Assembly: GCA_965644315.1 (NCBI GenBank)
Contig: CBFFRQ010000039.1
Span: forward strand, 186,001-250,000
Length of the DNA: 64,000 nucleotides
Reading direction: 5' to 3'
DNA from: Caecitellus pseudoparvulus
Taxonomy: Eukaryota > Protista > Bigyra: Bicosoecida
Positions 48,301-57,543 of this stretch are shown one piece after another. Position 1 is the stretch's first letter. Every line of letters starts with the position of its first letter. The notes beneath the pieces were generated by a model, which saw nothing but the letters and a program-made list of their open reading frames with translations, ran no database searches and was not told where the DNA came from. The position numbers and the translations under genes are program-made.

Positions 48301-48311
48301 GAGGCTGCCAT
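42393..48311 (-). CDS. GCN2: eIF2-alpha kinase GCN2; introns 48144-48212 and 47968-48027
   Basis: RWD domain ([23 protein letters not shown]). Kinase: [86 protein letters not shown]. HisRS-like domain ([28 protein letters not shown]) and C-terminal anticodon-binding-like region. Confidence 0.93.
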   Translation of the reverse strand: MAASSQSAEDLQKEELEALQCMFEPEEFEVLPKVRCAAQVSRTSRAQLLSALALPQLWKQYAFQVVLKIRSDNSSLEDPFCKVKFVLPVEYPSKRWVQLSSRVSAALRQFALPRRPTVEVVESGGIPDDAKKDLQVIANETVKEHKLGEPMVWDIAVRLQDKLSDHLQPPTSMLQRMEERREAAAAEAAEAAAAAAARQAAEDAALVADMEQQVARERQLRTTTQRTPKTRPQHAGPADVSVAVQRTPVHGPHPSPSLAALSPAARGAPAPPLPHLDLGDAALPNPAPAQGGHGRQVESRDVRTLEERQRDLDMAWSSNASRYAQDFEELAPLGSGAFGKVLKVRNRLDGELYAVKEIKMRRQDEALNRKVLREVTTLARMQHTHIVRYFNAWLEDAADKDDGSSSGSDSESSCDAPAPRQTLALAREVSSSGGALGGLSGPYVGGAGDHAPRPSTSSDSTSGTSSASTQGTDSGSDTSSDSDDFLFLPGAVRRGGQGIGLDSADMSSTSSGSASSGSDSDSDSESRDESSGMSSRTSGASSGERTAGGTRRRSDSPELMFPEMHTGLTGSASSLGRYHPGADGVGDSFSFSSLFERRNVGSVAHEPSLAPMPEERGVLSHAPQRKRKVLYIQMEFCKGATLRQVVEARGAAGAFDASQKADSTTGSLGDADELFGAGPIAAENWRMLRQILSALAYVHGRGVMHRDLKPENIFLDSEGNVKLGDFGLATDDAGEAVSAAEAEAIAAAQAAEQGLESAALTPSTKRQLSVTAGVGSGLYRAPESLKAGNRYDARVDMFSLGVIFYELWKPPFTTGRERREVLMALRQFDELRALREEEKAAGKAPAGAAAASDSRSRTAHEIARSRLLRDVDLDTLFAGVPEKAEEVIRWMLQPDPRARPSAEDVLRSGLLKPRSEVQQGYLDEAIAAVVSRSSLLTGMLNALFTNPTAAASDFAYDHDLREASEGAMGSQEALLATIAQHQDVLQREALVRRVVSTFERHSAVPFSTPLLAPVPSEVQPALAMFKQRAAPLFADPLGVAALSLSVHTGTAGERAVPGLPSASVDAAFTCFHGPVLWPHIGSVGKTNTHKGRVHVLDGQGMVLHLPSDLTEPFARYVARHNVSDLKRYVSSRTYHNSSANSGGTGPPSELQEADFDIVVSARRGGPRSVRLGNLAPAPEAVPVDIFSAIDDLDPGRAALGAASAEAETLCVAAEVMQSLGPAVGKYFLRISNMKIARGAMDFAAVPLKLRHAVCRLFSAAAHTMQVAAKQHTHKRRAGSGRKAKGSSAGAGGAVTVPLVESTLRWRDIKAHLKGLGLPEVSASALRPFIMLASDKFLALHQMRSFVQSQWQQLRARYVSTATGRAGSASEVNEALLDCRLRLAGLALAAQGISELTATLTTLTHMVRSAAGLPVPAPGAQPCPLLAAAAGAVSMPPPPVSADRLSSTGSSGTEGAPPARRRSHSVADPAGPSACLYTSDSDAFTGLPQALHALQRSRAAVSGASPAVAVGRALLLARLDVGARDKLGRYSHALLFNVQLDNSTSSKRSGKGSAAGESDAASSRTAGGERGALARAGLVAPRTGAGNEVLLKGGRYDDLVLRFRDPRTDKNCPLPVVVGLRMALDKVTALVSGASLPARLHGHTLPAAVTPASDVLVVSTGTSAESLLAARAAVAACLWSVRITAEYLHPAPLTFDEANQWAAAGGQRILVHVRSRGSSLALRVRSVDGQVDVADVELSALPRTVAEALVSSLPLPRAAAREVQETAWLTQRAGAVSGHLGAIVTAAGDNVHLAEALMACASGTSITAAEQSHLPPAAAAAPPAAPTMAGAGGSATPSAVGTPRRPASALNVEVTVLGGSSLKAKKRHAWEKRGASHLPAHLPPTSAPIPVLVMDLPFALVRLVGTGLVAHGGNATEAVKLVTSSTVPGVASHRRPLKDAMKEACELLAGPSGLPPVVVLFSVQEDRYDVLQM

Positions 48312-48911
48312 GTCTGGTCAACCCAGCCTTGACTGGGACGAAGATCCAATTCAACAGTCCAACGATGCACAGGGAAAGGCCAATGGCAGCTGCCTCGCTT
48401 GATAACGTATGCTGTGGCAAATACAGCTGCTCACGTGGGTGCGAACGACTCACACCTCTTTTTACCCACATGATGAGTTTTCTCAGTCGCGGTGAATGTG
48501 CCGCTGCTGCTTGCTGAATCGAGAGTCATGCTGGAGATGGCTGCAAGGTTTTGAAAACGGGTTGGGCCACAGAGGTGGCTGGCTGCTCGCAAGCACATAC
48601 AAAACGCCCGACTTGTACCATTCGGGACTTGCGGAAGTGCCCCCCACCCCAGCTTTTCATGTCAATCTGACGGCTCCGAGGAGGGCCATTTTCGACAGCG
48701 TTGCAAATGTAAAGGCACTCGCAAACGGTGCTGTCCTGAAAATGACCGACTGTGGAGACCAAGATCATGCACTGAGCCGTTTCCCAATCACCCACTCTGG
48801 TTTTGGTCCGTCCTGCGGAATTTCGGCCCGTGGAAACGCAGGCTTGCCGGCGCGCTGATTCAAGCGACAAGCAACGAATCGCACTGCAACAGGCACACAA
48901 GCTGCACGACC

Positions 48912-51900
48912 ATGACGATTTTCGCTCATAGTCATTGGACCAGAAGACCTCTGAGCTTTCCGTGGAAGCAGTGGGCAGTCGCTCTTCTGTTGGTGCAGCT
49001 TCACCTCGCCCGCGCGTCCGTATGCAGCTGTGAGTATCTCAGCGGCACTGCAAGTTATGCACGCTCAAACTCCTTCAACTTCCGTGAAACTACCCAATTG
49101 CAGGCTCATCTGGCCAGTACTGTGAGGTAATTCCGTGTGGACGAAGACTTGCTGACCGGAGTCACCTTGGCTCATTCCTTCAAGCTATAGGCCTTCCGCA
49201 ACTCAACAGCAAGAAGGGTTCGCAAGACAGCACGCCTAGCAAGGAACCCAATACTGAGAAGTTTGGAAGAGAACTCCGGTACGTTGATGTCTCACTTGGG
49301 CCAGCAGATGGTGATCCAGGTGGCCCTGTTGGTGGCGGGGGTGGTGGAGGCGGAGTCCCTATTGGAACATCCACGGGCATATCTGGCCCGGTAGGAGGAA
49401 CTGGTATCACGCCTGCTGGGTGCACTGGGTGCCCACGGCGAGCCCTCCGCCTGGGCACTGCCACGGCTGCCTCTGCCACCTGTTGCCGAGATTGTGCTGC
49501 AGGCTACTACATCGGGACGGCCGGCGGTTCGACTTGCGCAGCTTGCGGCAAAGGGTCATTCAGTGGTCCTGCAGCCAGTGCATGTACACCGTGCCTGGCC
49601 GGGCGGTATGGCCCTGCAGTTGCGCGCTCCAACTGCATTGATTGCCAGCTCGGCAAGTACCAGTCAGCGCCTGGTCGCTCGATGTGCGAGCAATGCCGCG
49701 CTGGACAATACGCAGACATCAAAAAATCGAAAGCGTGCAAGTACTGCTCGCCAGGCAAGTACGCGACTGTCGTAGGTGCAACCACGGCTGCAGTCTGCAC
49801 GAGCTGTCCACCAGGGTTTGGAAGCGGATTCGCCTCCTCAGGCTGCACGCCTTGCACATGTCCACACAAGTCCGGAGACTATACATGCGTATGCCCAGGC
49901 TCCCCATCATCAGTACCTAAGCCTTCCGCATCTGCAACCCGCAAACCTAAGGGGGACCCATCTCGGACTCCCACCATGACATCGGAGCCATGGCGTGATC
50001 CCTCTCGGAGTCCGTTTCCAACCATTAAACCTGGTGAGTCACCAAGTAACACAGCTAAGCCCTGGGAAGAGCCCTCGCCATCGAAACGGCCTTGGGAGGA
50101 CCCTGGACCCAGTAGAATGCCGACCAGCACACCGAAGCCAAAAGAAAGCGCATCTTCATCAAGGTCGCCGACCCGCACGCCGACACGCACACCGACCCGC
50201 ACGCCAACTGGCACCTCCACCAACACGGCCACTGCCACACGTACGCCGACCCGCACGCCGACCCGCACGCCAACTGGCACCTCCACCAACACGGCCACTG
50301 CCACACGTACGCCGACCCGCACGCCAACTGGCACCCCCCGCACGCCCACTGGCACCTCCACCAACACGGCCACTGCCACACGTACGCCAACCCGCACGCC
50401 GACACGCACGCCCACTGGCACCTCCACCAACACGGCCACTGCCACACGTACGCCAACCCGCACGCCGACCCGCACGCCGACTGGCACCTCCACCAACACG
50501 GCCACTGCCACACGCACGCCAACCCGCACGCCGACTGGCACCTCCACCAACACGGCCACTGCAACACGCACGCCGACTCGCACGCCGACTGGCACCTCCA
50601 CCAACACGGCCACTGCCACACGTACGCCGACACGCACGCCGACACGCACGCCGACCCGCACGCCGACTGGCACCTCCACCAACACGGCCACTGCCACACG
50701 CACGCCAACCCGCACGCCGACTGGCACCTCCACCAACACGGCCACTGCCACACGTACGCCGACACGCACGCCGACCCGCATGCCGACTGGCACACGTACG
50801 CCGACACGCACGCCGACCCGCACGCCGACTGGCACCTCCACCAACACGGCCACTGCCACACGTACGCCGACCCGCACGCCGACCCGCACGCCAACTGGCA
50901 CCTCCACCAACACGGCCACTGCCACACGTACGCCGACCCGCACGCCGACCCGCACGCCAACTGGTACCTCCACCAACACGGCCACTGCCACACGTACGCC
51001 GACCCGCACGCCGACCCGCACGCCAACTGGCACCTCCACCAACACGGCCACTGCCACACGTACGCCGACCCGCACGCCGACCCGCACGCCAACTGGCACC
51101 TCCACCAACACGGCCACTGCCACACGTACGCCGACCCGCACGCCGACCCGCACGCCAACTGGCACCTCCACCAACACGGCCACTGCCACACGTACGCCGA
51201 CCCGCACGCCGACCCGCACGCCAACTGGCACCTCCACCAACACGGCCACTGCCACACGTACGCCGACACGCACGCCGACCCGCACGCCCACTGGCACCTC
51301 CACCAACACGGCCACTGCCACACGTACGCCGACACGCACGCCGACACGCACGCCAACTGGCACCTCCACCAACACGGCCACTGCCACACGTACGCCGACC
51401 CGCACGCCGACCCGCACGCCGACTGGCACCTCCACCAACACGGCCACTGCCACACGCACGCCAACCCGCACGCCGACCCGCACGCCGACTGGCACCTCCA
51501 CCAACACGGCCACTGCCACACGCACGCCGACCCGCACGCCGACTGGCACCTCCACCAACACGGCCACTGCCACACGCACGCCGACCCGCACGCCGACTGG
51601 CACCTCCACCAACACGGCCACTGCCACACGTACGCCGACTCGCACGCCGACACGCACGCCCACTGGCACCTCCACCAACACGGCCACTGCCACACGTACG
51701 CCGACCCGCACGCCGACCCGCACGCCAACTGGCACCTCCACCAACACGGCCACTGCCACACGTACGCCGACCCGCACGCCAACTGGCACCTCCACCAACA
51801 CGGCCACTGCCACACGTACGCCGACCCGCACGCCGACCCGCACGCCAACTGGCACCTCCACCAACACGGCCACTGCCACACGTACGCCGACCCGCACGCC

Positions 51901-54900
51901 GACCCGCACGCCAACTGGCACCTCCACCAACACGGCCACTGCCACACGTACGCCGACCCGCACGCCGACCCGCACGCCAACTGGCACCTCCACCAACACG
52001 GCCACTGCCACACGTACGCCGACCCGCACGCCAACTGGCACGCCCAGCAGCACGTCAAGCGTGACGCCCAGCAGCACGTCAGGCGTGACGCCCAGCAGCA
52101 CGTCAGGCGTGACGCCCAGCAGCACGTCAGGCGTGACGCCCAGCAGCACGTCAGGCGTGACGCCCAGCAGTACGTCAGGCGTGACGCCCAGCAGCACGTC
52201 AGGCGTGACGCCCAGCAGCACGTCAGGCGTGCGTTGCACTTCGGGCGGGCGGGCCCCCTGCAGTGGGTGGAGGCCAGGGTCACGGATAAAACGCACCTGA
52301 GTGCAAACCGCCACATCCAGGTGGTGCGCCAGGCCGAGTGGGCGGGGGCCTTCGACCGCCTCCGGGAGCAGGCCCGGGACAAGCGGGGAAGCCTGCTCCC
52401 AAGGTGGGCGTGGCTCAGCCTGCAAGGCATCCTGAAGGCTGTAGCGGGCGTGTCCTTGGCCCACCTGAGACCCGGGGGCAATATGTTCTGGACAGGCCGG
52501 GCCCCCGACGTCTTGGTGGAGCACGCGGCGGGCTGGGCGGCTGGCTCCCCCACCCGGGCACGATACTACACCCAGGGGGGAGGGGGCGAGGCTGTGGCAC
52601 GAGGCCATGACACCCAGGGGAGGAAGCAAGCATTGAAAAGTATTGGCGGGTGCCGCAAGGAGGCGTCCCCTCCCCCAAGAGATGCAGCGAGCCCTGGTGG
52701 CCGCTGGCATAGAGGGGGGAGGGGACGGCCTCGAGGCGGGCCCAGTTCAATGCATTTCGATTGCCACGCACAACGCACCAACACGAGGGAACCGAGGTTG
52801 CCGGCACCCCAGCCGGCAACCATGTTTCCCGGCAGGAGGGGCGGCGGGCAGTCCCACGCTAGTGGCACAATTGTCCCCCGCCGCCCCAACGCAGAGTAGA
52901 CGACGGCAGGACCGGGCATGACAAAACCAGTCATTAGCCGGCCTCGTCACTCTCTTTCCTTTTTTTTTCTTTTTCTCGATTGGCGGGTGCCGCAAGGAGG
53001 CGTCCCCTCCCCCAAGAGATGCAGCGAGCCCTGGTGGCCGCTGGCATAGAGGGGGGAGGGGACGGCCTCGAGGCGGGCCCAGTTCAATGCATTTCGATTG
53101 CCACGCACAACGCACCAACACGAGGGAAACGGCCACTGCCACACGTACGCCGACACGCACGCCGACACGCACGCCCAGCAGCACATCAGACGTGACGCCC
53201 AGCAGCACGTCAGGCGTGACGCCCAGCAGCACGTCAGGCGTGACGCCCAGCAGCACATCAGGCGTGACGCCCAGCAGCACGTCAGGCGTGACGCCCAGCA
53301 GCACGTCAGGCGTGACGCCCAGCAGCACGTCAGGCGTGACGCCCAGCAGCACGTCAGGCGTGACGCCCAGCAGCACGTCAGGCGTGACGCCCAGCAGCAC
53401 GTCAGGCGTGACGCCCAGCAGCACGTCAGGCGTGACGCCCAGCAGCACGTCAGGCGTGACGCCCAGCAGCACGTCAGGCGTGACGCCCAGCAGCACGTCA
53501 GGCGTGACGCCCAGCAGCACGTCAGGCGTGACGCCCAGCAGCACGTCAGGCGTGACGCCCAGCAGCACGTCAGGCGTGACGCCCAGCAGCACGTCAGGCG
53601 TGACGCCCAGCAGCACGTCAGGCGTGACGCCCAGCAGCACGTCAGGCGTGACGCCCAGCAGCACGTCAGGCGTGACGCCCAGCAGCACGTCAGGCGTGAC
53701 GCCCAGCAGCACGTCAGGCGTGACGCCCAGCAGCACGTCAGGCGTGACGCCCAGCAGCACGTCAGGCGTGACGCCCAGCAGCACGTCAGGCGTGACGCCC
53801 AGCAGCACGTCAGGCGTGACGCCCAGCAGCACGTCAGGCGTGACGCCCAGCAGCACGTCAGGCGTGACGCCCAGCAGCACGTCAGGCGTGACGCCCAGCA
53901 GCACGTCAGGCGTGACGCCTAGCAGTACGTCAGGCGTGACGCCCAGCAGCACGCCAAGCGTGACGCCCAGCAGCACGTCAGGCGTGACGCCCAGCAGCAC
54001 GTCAGGCGTGACGCCCAGCAGCACGTCAGGCGTGACGCCCAGCAGCACGTCAGGCGTGACGCCCAGCAGCACGTCAGGCGTGACGCCCAGCAGCACGTCA
54101 GGCGTGACGCCCAGCAGCACGTCAGGCGTGACGCCCAGCAGCACGTCAGGCGTGACGCCCAGCAGCACGTCAGGCGTGACGCCCAGCAGCACGTCAGGCG
54201 TGACGCCCAGCAGCACGTCAGGCGTGACGCCCAGCAGCACGTCAGGCGTGACGCCCAGCAGTACGTCAGGCGTGACGCCCAGCAGCACGTCAGGCGTGAC
54301 GCCCAGCAGCACGTCAGGCGTGACGCCCAGCAGCACGTCGGAGGTGGTTGCAGTAGTTGATGGAGTGAAGGCGAGCCCCAGCTCAGGATCAGCCTCTTTA
54401 AGTCCGGGTCAGGGTCCTCTTGTTTCAGTATCAGTATCGCCGAGCAGTTCTGTGGCAAGTACTGTAGTTCATTCATCAATGCCAACATTTGGAAATGTTG
54501 GGATTGGTTCAGCGTCTGCCTCTCCCAGCCCCTCACTAGGGTTTGTGTCCGACTTCCAGAACGCAGCGAATTTGGGCGCGTCGACACCAACCCCTCAAAC
54601 ACAACAGGCTGCGGGAAATTCTGGAGAAGACACCTCCACAGGTCATGCAGTGGCTGGGAAAGTGCAGAACAATAATGTTTCTGAGGGACAGCGTTCATGG
54701 TTGGAGAGTTGGTGGCTTTGGCTGGTCTTGTTGGTGCTGGCCTTAGTCATCTTGGCTGCTGCCATGTTGATGTGGAGAAGGCGGGGTACCAGCGATGGGA
54801 GAACATCTAGAAGGCCGAGAGGAGCAGCAGCTGATTCAGCAATTACTCTTAGCCCCCTAAATCCCATGACAACAGGAGCAGCAAGCGGAGCCATCGGGTC

Positions 54901-55594
54901 CCTGCGGCCTCAAGTCGTGACGCGGTCGGTCACAGTGCAGCAGATGCTCAACGAAGGGCACATCTCAGAGGGCGAGGTGGACGGTCTGCGGCAATGGCTG
55001 AAGACTCATGGCTTCAACGCATACGCCCCTGTTGTGCTCAGTGGGACGCTCATGAAGCGGTCTCAGGTTACGGGGGCTGAGACCGCTGAACCTCAGCGGT
55101 CTGTAGATCCAAAGACCATCCGTGTCCACGCCAAGCGACCTGATCCCGCGTGGCTTCCCGCGCTGGGATCGGCATTGCTAGCATCAGATGCAGGGAAGCA
55201 CGTGTGTAAGACCCATGCTAACACTTCCAATGCGTTCAAGATGTCTCATTCGCAGCTTAGCACCTTGCGCACAGCAGCCAAGCCAGGAGCAGCTCTCTCA
55301 GCCTCTGACCGAGACCGACTGAAGGCCAAGATGCAGAGGAGGCGCCGCAACACACTGGCACAGATTTCAAAGCAGCTAGGATCTCGAAGGAAGGCGCCTG
55401 TCCGGAAGCAGCAGTTTAACCCTGTCATTCAAGCGTCAGCCGTGGAAGAGGATGGCACGGTCATCCCAACAGTTCCGACACCCAAGCCAAAGTCCACCCC
55501 GCTCAGTGACGCACGTGAAAAAGTAGGTGGGCGGGGGAGCCTTCGTGCCAAGCGCTACATTGTATCGGAAGCTGACCTCGCGGCTGGGCACTGA
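48912..55594 (+). CDS. Type I mucin-like surface protein (signal peptide, Cys-rich CxxGxY repeats, Thr/Pro/Ser stalk, TM, cytoplasmic tail); intron 49030-49103; interrupted by an insertion at 52232-53128
   Basis: Signal-like [15 protein letters not shown]; splice yields [20 protein letters not shown]. The frame stays open through CAAGYY, CGKGSF, CLAGRY, CQLGKY, CRAGQY, CSPGKY (ephrin-receptor-like/GCC2-GCC3 type). The stalk is encoded by tandem repeats; [27 protein letters not shown] at ~54710-54785. Both halves (ORFs 49682 and 53087) are in the same frame. Confidence 0.75.
50171..52039 (+). repeat. Composite coding minisatellite: 12-bp unit (ACCCGCACGCCG, TRTP) x2-4 alternating with 30-bp unit ([40 protein letters not shown]), ~28 higher-order copies
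   Basis: Directly visible; variants are almost all at synonymous third positions. Confidence 0.97.
52040..52231 (+). repeat. 24-bp coding minisatellite ACGCCCAGCAGCACGTCAGGCGTG (TPSSTSGV), ~8 copies
   Basis: Directly visible; ends abruptly at the insertion. Confidence 0.97.
52232..53128 (+). mobile_element. 5'-truncated tyrosine-recombinase retrotransposon remnant (Ngaro-like): YR C-terminus followed by B1-A2-B2 split direct repeats
   Basis: The ORF from 52234 has ordered YR catalytic-type motifs: TDKT (K), AHLRPGG (xxLR), AAGW (W), SPTRARYY (Y). An identical 150-bp direct repeat at 52642-52791 and 52979-53128 flanks a 187-bp spacer ending in a T-rich tract, matching the known Ngaro 3' layout. 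Confidence 0.72.
52642..53128 (+). repeat. 150-bp direct repeat pair (52642-52791 = 52979-53128)
   Basis: ATTGGCGGGTGCCGCAAGG...CACCAACACGAGGGAA is present twice and reads as identical. Confidence 0.95.
53171..54338 (+). repeat. 24-bp coding minisatellite (TPSSTSGV), ~48-49 nearly perfect copies
   Basis: Directly visible; only isolated variants (e.g. near 53920, 53955, 54263). Confidence 0.97.
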
Positions 55595-56089
55595 AGCGCT
55601 GGCAGTGTCCGTGGTTCTGAACCACTTGGGCACGGCTAGAGAGCAGCCTGGAAGCAGGTCTGCAAGAACCAGCCCGGCACTAAATGCAATATAAAATCCT
55701 TCGATGGCGGCGGCGGCCCGTGCCTACTTGCTCAAAGGGCTGCCAGGCCTTCACTAGGCAGAGATCATGGAGAAGGCAACTATGTGTGACCCCTGCCCCT
55801 CCCCTCATGCTGAAGAACACACGCAGCAGCTGAACACAATTGTGATTCGCTTATTAATTACTCGACTTGTCCTGCTACCTGGAAGATTTGCGGAAGTATT
55901 AGATGATTTTTGGGACTGGGGGCGCCATCGAAGCCAGCTTATCTCGCAGAGTGTCTTGAGCCCAGCACGTGTATCAAGCTATTGTGGGAGTTGTCAGCCG
56001 GTCAACGAGCTTGCTTGATAGGCATACCCCAGTTACTACTCTGTACTTGCGTGCAGCGGTCGTAGCTTCAACCCTGCACCGTGCGCAGC

Positions 56090-57497
56090 ATGGCATCGTG
56101 GACTGGTGCGTGTCGCTTGCGACCCTTTGGCGGCACTTGTGTGGGCAGGATTACTGCACACTGAATGCGCCTTTTCACTCCTTTACTGCACAGAGAACGT
56201 GCCATTCATACAAGCAGATGGTGTCCCATCACCAGTCAGCAAGCAGGGGCGCAAGGTGCTGCATTTGGAGGTGCCCGCGGGCGGGGAAGAGTTGCCAGCT
56301 GAGCTGGCGGCGCCAGACTCCCCGAACGCGCGCGCGGTGTGGGCAGTGGAGCGCTGTCGTCGTCTGGAGCATCAGAAGTTCGGACTATTGAAGGAGATAG
56401 AGACGCTGCGTGGGCGCGTGACTGAGCGAGATGCTGCCATCGCTCGCTTTCGTGCTGCCAACAACGACTTGCGTGACGCCAGTCGCGAGAGCACGACAGC
56501 GCTGCAGGCGGCGAGACGGAAGTTACGTGTGCAGCATGGCTTGCTGCAGGAGCTGCAGGAGGCCAACCGGAGGCTTGAGGGGGACAAGCGGCGCATGCGC
56601 AAGGAGCGGCGGGCGGAGGCGCGTATGTTGGACAGCATCACCATGCAGCACAGTGCGCTGGAGGAGCAGCTATCGACTGAGCGTGCCCGTCACAGTGAGG
56701 CGGAGGAAGGCTACGACACGAGCATGGAGCACGTGAAGCGTGTGATGGAGGCCGAACAAGAGGCGCTACGCGGGGAGATCGAAGAGTGGCGGCGGCGCGA
56801 GGTCAGCTTGCTGCAGCAGATTCAGCAGGCGCAAGAAAAGATTGTGGCGGCACAGGAGCAGCTGGCGCTGGGCGCCCAGCGAGAAGCAGAGGCTCGAAAG
56901 GGGCAGCAGAAGGCGCTGACGCAGTTTGACCGCCTGAAGGAGAGTTTCGCGGAGGAGGTGGAGGCTGTGGCGGCACTGAAGCGGGAGGCTGAAGCTAAGC
57001 TGTCCACAGTGCACACAACCGAGTCCCGTCTGAAGGAGGCGCTGGCGTTGCTGGGAGCTCAGGAGTCAGAGACGCTGGCCCTGAGGGAGGCAGTGCACCA
57101 GCTCACCCGGCAGCTGGATGAGACGCAGGCTGCGCTGACCGCTTCCAAGCAGCGACTGACGAGTGTGTGCAGCGAGCGCGACCACCTGCGCACTGCTCTG
57201 AGCCAGGGACACATTCGGGCAGTGGACTTGTCTGTGGCCCAGGCGGAGCGGGCGCGTCTGGAAGCGCAGCTGTCCAAGCACACTGCGGCGGCACGGGCCC
57301 AGGCGGAGGCCAGCCGGGAGGCCAGTGAGACGGCGCGCGAGCGGCTGTTCGCGCAGCTGGGTTACGGGAAGAAGGCCCGCAGGCGACTGCAGCGCCTGCG
57401 AGGAGGGGGTGGGTCTCAACCCCCACCAGCGCCAGCACCCCGGATGGTGCAGTGGCAGGGTGGCGCCGAGTCTGTGGAGGAGAAAGGGGACGGGTGA
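56090..57497 (+). CDS. Coiled-coil protein of unknown function; intron 56106-56193
   Basis: ATG at 56090 (MASWT) with a GTGCGT..CAG intron joining in frame to NVPFIQ. Long E/R/Q/L/A heptad-rich sequence. Confidence 0.72.
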
Positions 57498-57518
57498 CAG
57501 CGTGAGGCTGGTCGTGGG

Positions 57519-57532
57519 CAATGCATGCATTG
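57519..57532. terminator. Perfect palindrome CAATGCATGCATTG between convergent stop codons; candidate bidirectional 3'-end processing signal
   Basis: Lies in the 46-bp gap between stops at 57497 (+) and 57544 (-), presents AATGCA on both strands, and is flanked by GGTCG...CGACC. Confidence 0.5.
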
Positions 57533-57543
57533 GGCGACCGTGC

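Noticed and set aside
50171-52039. CRISPR-like look: a constant 30-bp unit separated by 24-48 bp segments
   Set aside because: The 'spacers' are themselves 12-bp tandem repeats, all lengths are multiples of 3 within an ORF, there are no cas genes, and the context is eukaryotic.
52642-53128. 150-bp repeats as LTRs of an LTR element/TRIM, or as a target-site duplication
   Set aside because: No TG...CA termini, element sequence extends 410 bp 5' of the first copy, and the repeat is not host sequence. A B-A-B split repeat fits better.
49879-54336. Long alternative-frame and antisense ORFs ([33 protein letters not shown] repeats)
   Set aside because: Shadows of stop-free tandem repeats. Variation is synonymous mainly in the TRTP/TPSS frame, which also links signal peptide and TM.
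55595-56089. Short ORFs 55767-56018 and similar in intergenic gaps (e.g. 48496-48858)
   Set aside because: AT-richer, no motifs; consistent with UTR or promoter DNA.
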